NCBI RefSeq assembly: GCF_036741115.1
Contig: NZ_DAINST010000002.1
Location: 2,463-66,462 of the forward strand
Length of the DNA stretch: 64,000 bases
Direction: 5' to 3'
From: Dietzia sp.
Lineage (GTDB): Bacteria > Actinomycetota > Actinomycetes > Mycobacteriales > Mycobacteriaceae
Position 1 is the first letter of the stretch, and each line of letters opens with the position of its first letter. The notes beneath the pieces are model-generated. The model ran no database searches, was not told the DNA's origin, and saw nothing but the letters and a program-made list of their open reading frames with translations. Of this stretch, positions 44,514 to 52,930 are shown one piece after another. Position numbers and translations under genes: made by a program.

Positions 44514-46547
44514 TCAATTGAGGTCCCTCCATACGCGATGCCGTTCTTGGGCAGATGACCTGAGAACCTCTCGCATCAACCGTCCGTGGTCGTCAATCTC
44601 GGCCTCGCCCCACATAGTCCTCGAATGGGTAATCGCCGCCATGATCTGGAACTTCAAGGACTCCCGGTCGGACCGGTACTGCTTCTCCTTCGCCGCAGCG
44701 GAAAGGTTATTGCGCTTGCTGTTCTCCGACCTTGACATAATCGCGAGGTTGCCGAAGCTGTCGAGAACCTCGGAGGGCAGCCGAACATGCCCGGCAGCTG
44801 TGTCAGGATTCTGTGGTTCGAAGTGTTCGATAGACGTGCGATAGCGAAAAGCGAAGCTGCCCGCATCGATCAATCTTTCATCGACAACAACTCCGTCGGT
44901 GAGCTCCGCCAAAGCTGAGTCCCCGGAATCGAGTCGGTTCCACAGCAGGTAGTCCAAGTAGTTGAAGAGGAAATGCGGCACGCCCACGCCCCGGTCGACC
45001 GCCTCCGGGCCTTCTGTTTCACCGATTTGGGGCCAGAGATATTCTGAGCGTCTGGACGCCAGAGCGTTCAAGGAATCGAGATAGCGCTCGCCGTCGACAT
45101 CCCCCTTGACGTGCTTAAACCAGAGGATTTCAAGGAAAGCGTAGAGGAAGTTCTTGTATGTTCGCCGCGAATCGGTGACCTGAAACATCGACTGTATGTG
45201 GATGATCCGATCATGCACACGTTCAGGCAGCTCATCTCCGTCACGCAAGGAACCGCCCGGGAAGGTGTTCCGCGGCGATAGTTTGTAACTGCCTCTCGAT
45301 CCCGTCCTGTGGGGCCGGTGAAGAACCCACAAAGAGTCATTTTCGCTCACATTCTTATTCTGGTCAGTCTTGATGACGTAGTTGTCGAATAAGAACCGCA
45401 CGATGAAGAGAGTCCACATAAAGCCCCGAACGTCTTCAGCGGTACGAACATATTCGTCAAAGAGATCGATGAGCCGCTTATCGTCGAGGCCGAACGGGCG
45501 GTCTGAATCCGCCCAGTCGAAGGTCGGCGAGGACGGATTCTTCTCTATTCTCAACGATACGTCGAGCCTAAGTGCGTGGAGCAAGAGGTTCGGGAAATCG
45601 ATAATTGACTCGTAACGATCGAGGTCTTTTTCTTGGCCATCCTCAACGACCGAGCACTCAGCATCGAGCACGCCTCCCAAGGTCGTCCCCACTGACTCTG
45701 CTGGCGTGACCTGTCCGCAATCCGCCACGAGTTCGTCCCACGAGTCAACTTCGATTCGATCCCAGTTCACGCCGAAGATGTCGCTTCGATTGTTCGAAAG
45801 GAAGCCCATTTGCAGATACCGTGTCATATCGGAGCACGCGTCCCATAGAGCCGTGAGCGTCGATCGCTCATTGTGGGATTCCTCCAGCTTGTTCAGCAGT
45901 CGCGCCTTAACGATCTCGTGCTTCGAGAGCTGCTCACCCCGGCTGTTCATGATCTCGAAATAGTGGTTGAGGTCCGTGTCGCCGGGGAGCGAAGCCCGCA
46001 CAACAACCACGGAATCTATTAGATACTCGAGATCATTCTTCTCTACAAAAACTGCCTCACCGTTCGCAGCCACAATGCAACGAGTGATCACCTGGATACC
46101 ATTCGCGATCTCGTCGGTAGCGAGAGTCCTCGCGGGCGACTCGAGTGTATAGAGGTCGTTCGGGTATTGAGCAAGGGCGGCGAGATCGGATTGCGACCGT
46201 TGTCGCCCCTCGAAGGTGATCGTCGTCGCCGGGACGACGGCGTCTCCGAGAAGTTCTCGGCATACCGGGTGGCTGAGAATCAATGCCAGCGTAGTGAGAC
46301 GCTGCTGGCCATCCACGACCTCCAGCCTCTCTACCGGAGCTCCGTCGATAATTCGAGTGTCGCTGTGGACAACTATGGTCCCGAGGTAGTAATTGGGGAC
46401 ACCCTTGATTCGCGCGTCGCGTACGTCCCTCAGTAGCTGCTCAATCTGCTCCTCTCCCCAGGCATAGGCGCGCTGGTAGACGGGGATAACGTAGCTGCTG
46501 TCCTCAAATAACGCCCGGACGGTGAGGTCTTCGGGTGGAGTGCTCAC
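44514..46547 (-). CDS. DUF262 (ParB-like NTPase/nuclease) + DUF1524 (His-Me finger) protein, GmrSD/BrxU/SspE class
   Basis: 677 aa. N-terminal IPVYQRAYAWGEEQIEQLL, VDGQQRLTTLALIL, FEIMNSRGEQLSKHEIVK. C-terminal FRYRTSIEHFEPQNPD ... FGNLAIMSRSENSKRNN. GTG start 2 nt after the upstream stop, with a GAGGGAG RBS. Confidence 0.9.
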   Translation of the reverse strand: MSTPPEDLTVRALFEDSSYVIPVYQRAYAWGEEQIEQLLRDVRDARIKGVPNYYLGTIVVHSDTRIIDGAPVERLEVVDGQQRLTTLALILSHPVCRELLGDAVVPATTITFEGRQRSQSDLAALAQYPNDLYTLESPARTLATDEIANGIQVITRCIVAANGEAVFVEKNDLEYLIDSVVVVRASLPGDTDLNHYFEIMNSRGEQLSKHEIVKARLLNKLEESHNERSTLTALWDACSDMTRYLQMGFLSNNRSDIFGVNWDRIEVDSWDELVADCGQVTPAESVGTTLGGVLDAECSVVEDGQEKDLDRYESIIDFPNLLLHALRLDVSLRIEKNPSSPTFDWADSDRPFGLDDKRLIDLFDEYVRTAEDVRGFMWTLFIVRFLFDNYVIKTDQNKNVSENDSLWVLHRPHRTGSRGSYKLSPRNTFPGGSLRDGDELPERVHDRIIHIQSMFQVTDSRRTYKNFLYAFLEILWFKHVKGDVDGERYLDSLNALASRRSEYLWPQIGETEGPEAVDRGVGVPHFLFNYLDYLLWNRLDSGDSALAELTDGVVVDERLIDAGSFAFRYRTSIEHFEPQNPDTAAGHVRLPSEVLDSFGNLAIMSRSENSKRNNLSAAAKEKQYRSDRESLKFQIMAAITHSRTMWGEAEIDDHGRLMREVLRSSAQERHRVWRDLN

Positions 46548-46549
46548 TA

Positions 46550-48019
46550 TTACGCTCCCTCAGCTACTTGGTCCATGATGTTCCAACTCCGCTCGAAGAA
46601 GTAGTGGAGATCCTCGTATCTTTCGAAAGACGCAGGGCTTGATACCCGGACGATGCGAACAAAATCCGCGGGATCTATTGATTGCCGGAGCTCGGAGAAC
46701 AGATTCACTGCCGGAAGGTTGCCTCGATCGGTGATACCAAGAGCGTAGTTATTCACCGTCGCCCGCTTAAGCGTGCGCATCTCGACTCGTAGTGCCATCG
46801 CATAGCGGACAAAGAGTGTCACGGCTCTGTCGAGGAGCTCGCCACCAAATCGATCAACGTAGTAGAAGGTCAGGCATCGGATGAGATCGAGAACGAACGC
46901 GAATCGTCTATCTCCCGAGAACCGAGCCATGTGGGAATTCAAGGCGTCGAGCACAGAAATGACATTCGCAGGTAGTCGGATCTCGCCAACAGGCCCCTCT
47001 GATCGATGAGCGTCATCGAAAAATCCGACGGCCCGACCGAGGCGATAGTAGTGACTAGTCATCTGGAAAAACGTCTCGCCGTTGATGATCGGCTGATCGA
47101 CCTGAAACGGAAAATCGATCGAACGAATAACCCCGTAGCGAAGCAGAGTGTCATTTGACGCTCGATAGCTATCCGTGAAGTTCTTCGCATAGAGGTACGG
47201 AAGCGACCAAGGCGCGCCCACTTGCGTACCGCCTTCTTCCCGGATCCCTTTGAATATGTCAACGTTACCGCTGGTGAATCCCTTTTCGGGCACATCGCGG
47301 CCGTTGGACCAGCGCTTGATCTTGAAGAGGACGTCGTTGAACAACATCGATACGGACGCCGCCGGCATCTCCTCCCAGAGCCTCACCATCTCGTCGCGCA
47401 TGTTGATCATGCCCGGCAGCGTCCTCATCTCCCTGAGGTGAAAAGCCTTGAGCAGATCTGTCGTGTACAGCTCCTTGCCTCGGGTGTTCTGGGAGTCGAA
47501 CATCTGGAATGCCGCGTCGAGGTCGTCGAGAGTCATGATCACGACCTCACACTTGCCGAGCAAAGTGTCGAGAAGTTCTTGCCGGTCGTCTTTTGACCAC
47601 GTTCCCAGCATTTCTCGAAGGTGAGCGAAATTCGCCGCGAGGTTGGCTACGCTCCGCCTTCGGCCGTGCTGGGGAACATCAATGCTACGTAGTCGATCGA
47701 GATCAGGAAAGGTTGACGAGCTTGAGTGGACGATCTCGGGCGACTCGCAGAGAGCGATGGCAAGGAGAGCGAACGTGAAGAAGCGTTGCTGTCCGTCAAC
47801 GATATCCGCGGAGCCTTCCGGCACAGTCCCGGGCGGACGATGAGTGATGATCGTGCCGACCCGGTACGAGCTCTTTTCTCGAAAGGCCCAGATGTCACGG
47901 ACGAGCTCATCAACGTTTCTTATAGACCACGAATAAGGCCGCTGGTAGTCCGGAATCGCCAATTCGGTCGCGAGCAGATCGCCAACGGACTTGAGTTGAG
48001 CCAGATTACTTCTTCCCAC
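46550..48019 (-). CDS. DUF262-only protein with a C-terminal region of about 300 aa of unknown fold
   Basis: 489 aa. IPDYQRPYSWSIRNVDELV, VDGQQRFFTFALLAIAL, FQMFDSQNTRGKELYTTDLLK. No His-Me/HNH motif was seen in the C-terminal part. Confidence 0.85.
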   Translation of the reverse strand: MGRSNLAQLKSVGDLLATELAIPDYQRPYSWSIRNVDELVRDIWAFREKSSYRVGTIITHRPPGTVPEGSADIVDGQQRFFTFALLAIALCESPEIVHSSSSTFPDLDRLRSIDVPQHGRRRSVANLAANFAHLREMLGTWSKDDRQELLDTLLGKCEVVIMTLDDLDAAFQMFDSQNTRGKELYTTDLLKAFHLREMRTLPGMINMRDEMVRLWEEMPAASVSMLFNDVLFKIKRWSNGRDVPEKGFTSGNVDIFKGIREEGGTQVGAPWSLPYLYAKNFTDSYRASNDTLLRYGVIRSIDFPFQVDQPIINGETFFQMTSHYYRLGRAVGFFDDAHRSEGPVGEIRLPANVISVLDALNSHMARFSGDRRFAFVLDLIRCLTFYYVDRFGGELLDRAVTLFVRYAMALRVEMRTLKRATVNNYALGITDRGNLPAVNLFSELRQSIDPADFVRIVRVSSPASFERYEDLHYFFERSWNIMDQVAEGA

Positions 48020-48025
48020 TGGCCG

Positions 48026-48031
48026 AGAGTA
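48026..48031 (-). promoter_or_regulatory. candidate -10 hexamer (TACTCT, TAnnnT) for a leaderless transcript of the island operon
   Basis: On the minus strand the sequence reads gagg-TACTCT-cggcca-GTG. The hexamer therefore ends 6 nt before the GTG start at 48019, the geometry seen for leaderless actinobacterial mRNAs. No SD sequence precedes the GTG. Confidence 0.25.
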
Positions 48032-48109
48032 CCTCGCCCGGGCCCGTGGCTTCCCGGATTCAGGCGCGTAATCAACGAGCCTAACGAGCGCCTATTCGAC
48101 CGTATCGGC

Positions 48110-49219
48110 TCAGCTCCCGACGTGCTTCGAGACCCGTTCCGGCAGATCCGCAGCCGCCGAATTCTCGTACGGCACCTCCTCGCCCGCGGGCACGGGACCG
48201 GGAGCGGTGCCGTCGCCGAATGGCGAACCACCGAGCTCCTCACGGTGATGCGGCGTGAGCAGCCCGGCGAGGCTCGGCCCCTTGGGAACCACACCGCGGG
48301 GATTGATCTCGTGGTGCACCACGTAGTAGTGCTCCTTGATCTGCGTGAAGTCGGTGGTGTCGCCGAATCCCGGGGTCTGGAACAGGTCACGGAGGTAGCC
48401 CCAGAGCGCCGGCATCTCGCTGATCTTGTTCCGGTTGACCTTGAAGTGCCCGTGGTAGACCGCGTCGAAACGGACGAGCGTGGTGAAGGTCCGGATATCG
48501 GCGGCGGTGATGTGGTCGCCCACGAGGTAGCGGCGGTTCGAGAGCCGCTCCTCGAGCCAATCGAGGGTGGCGAAGACCTCATCGAACGCCTCTTCGTGCG
48601 GTCCTTGGTCCGCAGCGAAGCCGGTGCGGTAGACGCCGTTGTTGAGCGAGGGGTAGACCCGGTCGTCGATCTCCGCGATCTCGTCCGCCTGCTCGTCCGG
48701 CAGCAGGTCGGGGGCACCTGCGCGGTGGAGCCCGCTCCATTCCCGGACGAAGTCCGTGTTCATCTTCGAGAAGCCGTTGGTCACCACGGACCGCGACTCG
48801 ATGTCGACGAGCGCCGGCACCGTGATCCCGCGCGGGTAATCGGGAATCCGATTGAAGTACGCCTCCTGGAGGCGCTCGATCCCGAGCACAGGGTCCCGGC
48901 CCTCGGGGTCGAGGTCGAAGATCCACGAGTTCTTGTCGTGCGTCGGGCCGGCCAGGGCGAGCGAGATCGAGTCCTCGAGGCCGAGGAGGCGCCGGGTGAT
49001 CACGGAGCGATGGGCCCACGGGCACGCGCGCGCGGCGGCGAGCCGGTAACGCCCCGCCTCGACGGGCCACTTCATTTCGCCGATGACGTCGCCCTGCGGG
49101 GCACTGCCCGGCTCGAGTGATGCCACCACCCGGTCGTTGATGTACGTGGTGTCCCGGACGTAGGCTCCGGTCTTCGGCAGGTTGTCGGGCTTGAGATCGG
49201 AAGCGTTCTCTTCGGCCAT
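48110..49219 (-). CDS. Xi-class glutathione S-transferase / glutathionyl-hydroquinone reductase (YqjG/ECM4-like)
   Basis: GRYRLAAARACPWAHRSVITRRL contains the CPWA active site. VPALVD, and a C-terminal helical GST domain. Confidence 0.85.
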   Translation of the reverse strand: MAEENASDLKPDNLPKTGAYVRDTTYINDRVVASLEPGSAPQGDVIGEMKWPVEAGRYRLAAARACPWAHRSVITRRLLGLEDSISLALAGPTHDKNSWIFDLDPEGRDPVLGIERLQEAYFNRIPDYPRGITVPALVDIESRSVVTNGFSKMNTDFVREWSGLHRAGAPDLLPDEQADEIAEIDDRVYPSLNNGVYRTGFAADQGPHEEAFDEVFATLDWLEERLSNRRYLVGDHITAADIRTFTTLVRFDAVYHGHFKVNRNKISEMPALWGYLRDLFQTPGFGDTTDFTQIKEHYYVVHHEINPRGVVPKGPSLAGLLTPHHREELGGSPFGDGTAPGPVPAGEEVPYENSAAADLPERVSKHVGS

Positions 49220-49337
49220 GGGTTCCTCCTACCGCGGTGGATGCGTCGTCGCGGGCCGTCCTGGCGGCGTCGCAATACAGTTTGTTGATACGTCAACCAC
49301 TATACGTCGCCTCTTCCCCGCGTGCCAGAATGTCCGC

Positions 49338-50381
49338 ATGGATTCCGCTCACGTGGTCGATGTCTCCGAACGCTACGCCCGCTTCGCCGAGTTCGAGGTC
49401 CGCGGCCGGAACCCCGTCTATGCGTCCTGGGCGACGGGGGTGGCAGGGGACCGCCGGACGGCGGACCTCATTGCGCAGCTCCCGCCCCTCCGGCGTCAAC
49501 CGGTCCTGGTCTTCGCCGTGGCGCGCTTCCTCGGCGCCGCAGAGACCACCGACTACGAGCAGTTCGCGGCGTTCCTCAACGAGCGCTGGGACGACGTCGA
49601 GACCGAGGCCCTCCGCCGCGCCACCCAGACCAACGAGGCCAAGCGCACCGCTTGCCTGCTCCCGTTCTTCTCCGCGGCCGCCGCGGGCGCGCCCGAACCG
49701 GGGGCGATCTCGCTGATCGAGGCCGGCGCCTCGGCGGGCCTGTGCCTCTATCCCGACCGCTACCGCTTCCGCTTCGCCGTCGAGGACTCGGCGACCACTC
49801 TCGCGCTCGACCCACCGGGCGCCGGTCCGGACGCACCCGTTCTCGAATGCTCTGTACGCGGGATGATCGCCCCGCCCCGCCGCGTCCCCGAGGTCCGCTG
49901 GCGCGGCGGCGTCGACCTCAACCCGCTCGATCCCGCCGACGCGGACTCCCGTCGCTGGCTCGAGGCCCTCGTGTGGCCGGGCCAGCCCGAGCGGATCGAC
50001 CGTCTCCGCGCCGCGCTCGACATCGCCGCCGCCGAGCCGGCCCACGTCCTCCGTGGCGACCTCGTCGAACGGATCGCCGATGCCGTCATCGAGGCCCGCA
50101 GGGCGGCACCAGAAGCGCGGCCCGTCGTCTTCCACACGGCCGTACTCGCCTACCTCGACCCCGACGACCGTGCCCGCTTCGCGGACACGATGGCCGAGCT
50201 CTCACGCTCGGAGGGCGCCGTGTGGATCTCCTCCGAGGGGGTCTCGATCCTCCCCGAGGTCGCCGATCGCCTCCCGGCCGCGATCCGGAAGAACAAGGGG
50301 ATGTTCGCCATCGCCGTCAACGGTCATCCACTCGCCACGACGCACGGCCACGGCGACTGGGTGCGTGCGATCGAACCCTGA
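49338..50381 (+). CDS. DUF2332 family protein
   Basis: ATG at 49338. YARFAEFEVRGRNPVYASWATGVAGD..., LIEAGASAGLCLYPDRY, WRGGVDLNPLD. Confidence 0.7.
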   Translation: MDSAHVVDVSERYARFAEFEVRGRNPVYASWATGVAGDRRTADLIAQLPPLRRQPVLVFAVARFLGAAETTDYEQFAAFLNERWDDVETEALRRATQTNEAKRTACLLPFFSAAAAGAPEPGAISLIEAGASAGLCLYPDRYRFRFAVEDSATTLALDPPGAGPDAPVLECSVRGMIAPPRRVPEVRWRGGVDLNPLDPADADSRRWLEALVWPGQPERIDRLRAALDIAAAEPAHVLRGDLVERIADAVIEARRAAPEARPVVFHTAVLAYLDPDDRARFADTMAELSRSEGAVWISSEGVSILPEVADRLPAAIRKNKGMFAIAVNGHPLATTHGHGDWVRAIEP

Positions 50382-50399
50382 GCCCGGACCCGGAACACG

Positions 50400-50439
50400 A
50401 CGACGCCCCCGCCCCGGAAATCCCTGGCGGGGGCGTCGT
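50400..50439. terminator. bidirectional stem-loop between DUF2332 and ectC
   Basis: acgacgcccccgcc (50400-50413) and ggcgggggcgtcgt (50426-50439) form a perfect 14-bp stem with a 12-nt loop. Confidence 0.5.
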
Positions 50440-50471
50440 GTCGAAAGACTGCGGCCGGATACCGGCGGTGA

Positions 50472-50867
50472 CTAGTCCTCCGTGATGAGCGGGTACACGC
50501 CGTTCTCGTCGTGGACCTCACGGCCGGTGACCGGCGGGTTGAAGACGCAGAGCATGACCATCTCCTCCTCGCAGATCACCTGGTGCTTCTCGTGACCGTT
50601 GAGCAGGTACATCGAGCCGGCGGCGAGCGGGTACTCGGTGTCGTTGTCGAGGTCGCGCAGCGTCCCCTTGCCCTTGACCAGCCACACGGCCTCGATGTGG
50701 TTGGCGTAGTGGAACTCGTTCTCGGTTCCGGCCGGGATGGTGGTCTCGTAGAAGCTGAAGCCCACCTTGTCGCCTCCGAGCACGATGCGCTTCGAGCGCC
50801 AGGTGTTCTCCTCGTTGGAAACGTCGCGGTCGGTTCCGGTGATCTCGTCGGTAGTACGGACGATCAT
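50472..50867 (-). CDS. ectC: L-ectoine synthase
   Basis: 131 aa cupin. MIVRTTDEITGTDRDV...WRSKRIVL...GFSFYETTIPAGTENEFHYANHIEAVWLVKGKG...HEKH. Confidence 0.95.
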   Translation of the reverse strand: MIVRTTDEITGTDRDVSNEENTWRSKRIVLGGDKVGFSFYETTIPAGTENEFHYANHIEAVWLVKGKGTLRDLDNDTEYPLAAGSMYLLNGHEKHQVICEEEMVMLCVFNPPVTGREVHDENGVYPLITED

Positions 50868-50945
50868 GTTGAGACTCCTTCTCGCATGTGTGTTACTACT
50901 TTTGTCTAGCGATTCGCGTCGCGGGGTTCCCCGGACGGCTCCCGA

Positions 50946-50981
50946 CGGCGGAGGCCGGAACTTTCCGGCCGGGCGCCGCCG
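50946..50981. other. compound stem-loop in the ectB-ectC intercistronic gap
   Basis: Inner stem ggccgga (50953-50959) / tccggcc (50964-50970) with a 4-nt loop. Outer stem cggcgg (50946-50951) / ccgccg (50976-50981). Confidence 0.4.
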
Positions 50982-50994
50982 CGGACCACCGAGG

Positions 50995-52314
50995 TTACGC
51001 CGAGAGCAGCTCGTCGATCACGTCGTAGCAGATCTTCGAGCCCTCTTCGAGGTCCTCTCGGGAGATGACCAGCGGCGCGAGGAACTTGACGACCTCGTCG
51101 TTCGGCCCCGCGGTCTCGACGAGTAGCTTGCGATCGAAGCAGCCGGCAAGGACCTCCTCGGCGAGCTCGGGCCGCTTGGTGAACGCGATGCCGAAGGCCA
51201 TGCCGCGGCCGCGCAGCTCCAGCTCCTCCGGGTACTTCTCGACGAGCTTGCCGAAGAACTCGCGGAGCCACTCGCCGTTGGCGAGGGTGTGCTTCTGCAG
51301 CTTGTCGTCCGACCAGAACTTGTCGAGGGCCTTAGCGGCGGTGACGAACGCGAGGTTGTTGCCGCGGAAGGTGCCGTTGTGCTCGCCGGCAGCCCAGACG
51401 TCGAGGTCCGGGCGGAAGAGGGTGAGCGCGAGCGGCAGGCCGTAGCCGCCGATCGACTTCGACAGTGTAACGATGTCCGGCTTGATCCCGGCGAACTCGA
51501 ACGAGAAGAACTCGCCCGTGCGGCCGCAGCCCATCTGGACGTCGTCGACGATGAGGAGGATGTCGTGGCGGACGCAGAGGTCGTTGAGGGCGCGCAGCCA
51601 CTCGGCGCGCGCGGCGTTGATGCCGCCCTCACCCTGGACGCACTCGACGATGACGGCGGCTGGCCGGTTGATGCCCGAGCCCGAGTCCTCGAGGACCCGC
51701 TCCATCCACTGGAAGTCCTCGGTGATGCCGCCGAAGTAGTTGTCGTACGGCATGGGGGTCGCGTGGACGAGGGGGACGCCGGCGCCCGCGCGCTTCATCG
51801 AGTTGCCTGTCACCGACAGCGAACCGAGGGTCATGCCGTGGAACGAGTTGGTGAAGTTGAGGATCGCCTCGCGGCCCGTGACCTTGCGGGCCAGCTTGAG
51901 CGCCGACTCCACGGCGTTCGTGCCCGTCGGTCCGGGGAACATGACCTTGTAGTCGAGGCCGCGCGGCTCGAGGATCTTGTCCGTGAACGTCTGGAGGAAC
52001 TCGCGCTTGGCGACGGTGAACTTGTCGAGCGAGTGGGTGATCCCGTCGCGCTCGATGTACTCGAGGAGCGCGGCCTTGAGATCGTCGTCGTTGTGGCCGT
52101 AGTTGAGCGCGCCGGCGCCGCCGAAGAAGTCGAGGTACTGCTCGCCGCTCTCGGTGGTGAGGCGCACGCCCTTCGAGGAATCGAAGACGTCGGGCCAGTT
52201 GCGCGAGTACGAGCGGACCTCGGACTCGCGATCGCCGAAGATCTGCACGTCCGAGTCGCCCTCGTAGGCGGCGATGTCCTCTGGAACCTCGTTGTCGTTC
52301 TGCTTGTCTGTCAT
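50995..52314 (-). CDS. ectB: diaminobutyrate--2-oxoglutarate transaminase
   Basis: ATG at 52314 after AAGGAG. SEVRSYSRNWPDVF, GAGALNYGHN, FHGMTLGSLSVTGN, DDVQMGCGRTG, and PLP-Lys region TLSKSIGGYGLP. Confidence 0.95.
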   Translation of the reverse strand: MTDKQNDNEVPEDIAAYEGDSDVQIFGDRESEVRSYSRNWPDVFDSSKGVRLTTESGEQYLDFFGGAGALNYGHNDDDLKAALLEYIERDGITHSLDKFTVAKREFLQTFTDKILEPRGLDYKVMFPGPTGTNAVESALKLARKVTGREAILNFTNSFHGMTLGSLSVTGNSMKRAGAGVPLVHATPMPYDNYFGGITEDFQWMERVLEDSGSGINRPAAVIVECVQGEGGINAARAEWLRALNDLCVRHDILLIVDDVQMGCGRTGEFFSFEFAGIKPDIVTLSKSIGGYGLPLALTLFRPDLDVWAAGEHNGTFRGNNLAFVTAAKALDKFWSDDKLQKHTLANGEWLREFFGKLVEKYPEELELRGRGMAFGIAFTKRPELAEEVLAGCFDRKLLVETAGPNDEVVKFLAPLVISREDLEEGSKICYDVIDELLSA

Positions 52315-52390
52315 CGAAATCAGCTCCTTGTGGGTAATTCCACGTGGTGAATCGTGATTAGCCGCAGCTCGCGCAGGCGCGCGGAAACCG

Positions 52391-52930
52391 TTAGGCGATG
52401 GTGTAGAGATCTTCCGGCTCGTGGCCCTCGCCCAGATCGGCGGCCGAGAGGTAGTCCTCCTTGACGAGCTCCTTGCCGCGATCGCGTGCGACGGAACCGA
52501 AGAGCTTCTGCGAAGCCTCGTTGTCCGGGCTGATCGTGGTGCGCAGGCGGACCACGCCTCCCGGCTCGAGGCGATCGAGGATAGCATGGACCATTCGCGC
52601 CGCGAGGCGCTTGCCGCGCTGGTCGGCGTCAACGCCGACCTGCCACAGGAAGAAGGTGTCCGACTCGGAGGGGCGGGAGAAGCCGGTGACGAAACCGACG
52701 ACCTTGCCCTCTACCTCCGCGACGACCGAGGTCTCGGCGAATTCCTTCGCCCACAGCGTATAGGCGTAGGTGGTGTTGAGGTCGAGCACCCCGGTATCCC
52801 GGGCAACCTCCCACATCCGCAGTCCATCGGCGACGACGGGCACCCGAAAGGTGACTCCATCTGATTCGCCGGAGCCGCCGTTTCCGGCTGCTCCGTTCTC
52901 GGATTCAGGTCCCTCTGTGAAGGTAGTCAT
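52391..52930 (-). CDS. ectA: L-2,4-diaminobutyrate acetyltransferase
   Basis: GNAT fold. FRVPVVADGLRMWEVARDTGVLDLNTTYAYTLWAKEF, WQVGVDADQRGKRLAARM. First gene of the ectABC order. Confidence 0.9.
   Translation of the reverse strand: MTTFTEGPESENGAAGNGGSGESDGVTFRVPVVADGLRMWEVARDTGVLDLNTTYAYTLWAKEFAETSVVAEVEGKVVGFVTGFSRPSESDTFFLWQVGVDADQRGKRLAARMVHAILDRLEPGGVVRLRTTISPDNEASQKLFGSVARDRGKELVKEDYLSAADLGEGHEPEDLYTIA

Larger units (their letters stand above)
44081..48109. other. low-G+C genomic island carrying a two-gene defence-like cassette
   Basis: Hand counts of individual 60-nt lines give about 45-52% G+C inside (for example 45361-45420 and 46621-46680), against about 75% in the flank (43801-43860). 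Codon choice inside is A/T-ending (AGA, AAT, TTT, ATA). No integrase, tRNA or clear direct repeats at the borders. Confidence 0.7.

Noticed and set aside
44081-48109. Classifying the island as a prophage remnant, an integrative element or an IS-borne cargo
   Set aside because: I found no integrase, transposase, tRNA, terminal inverted repeats or convincing flanking direct repeats by eye. Only weak similarity exists between gatttcaggtgcc (left) and ggattcaggcgcg (right), which is too degenerate to call att sites.
49338-50381. Possibility that the gene downstream of ectC is ectD (ectoine hydroxylase)
   Set aside because: It is on the opposite strand, lacks the 2-His-1-carboxylate / F-x-WHSDFETWH type signature, and matches the DUF2332 pattern instead.
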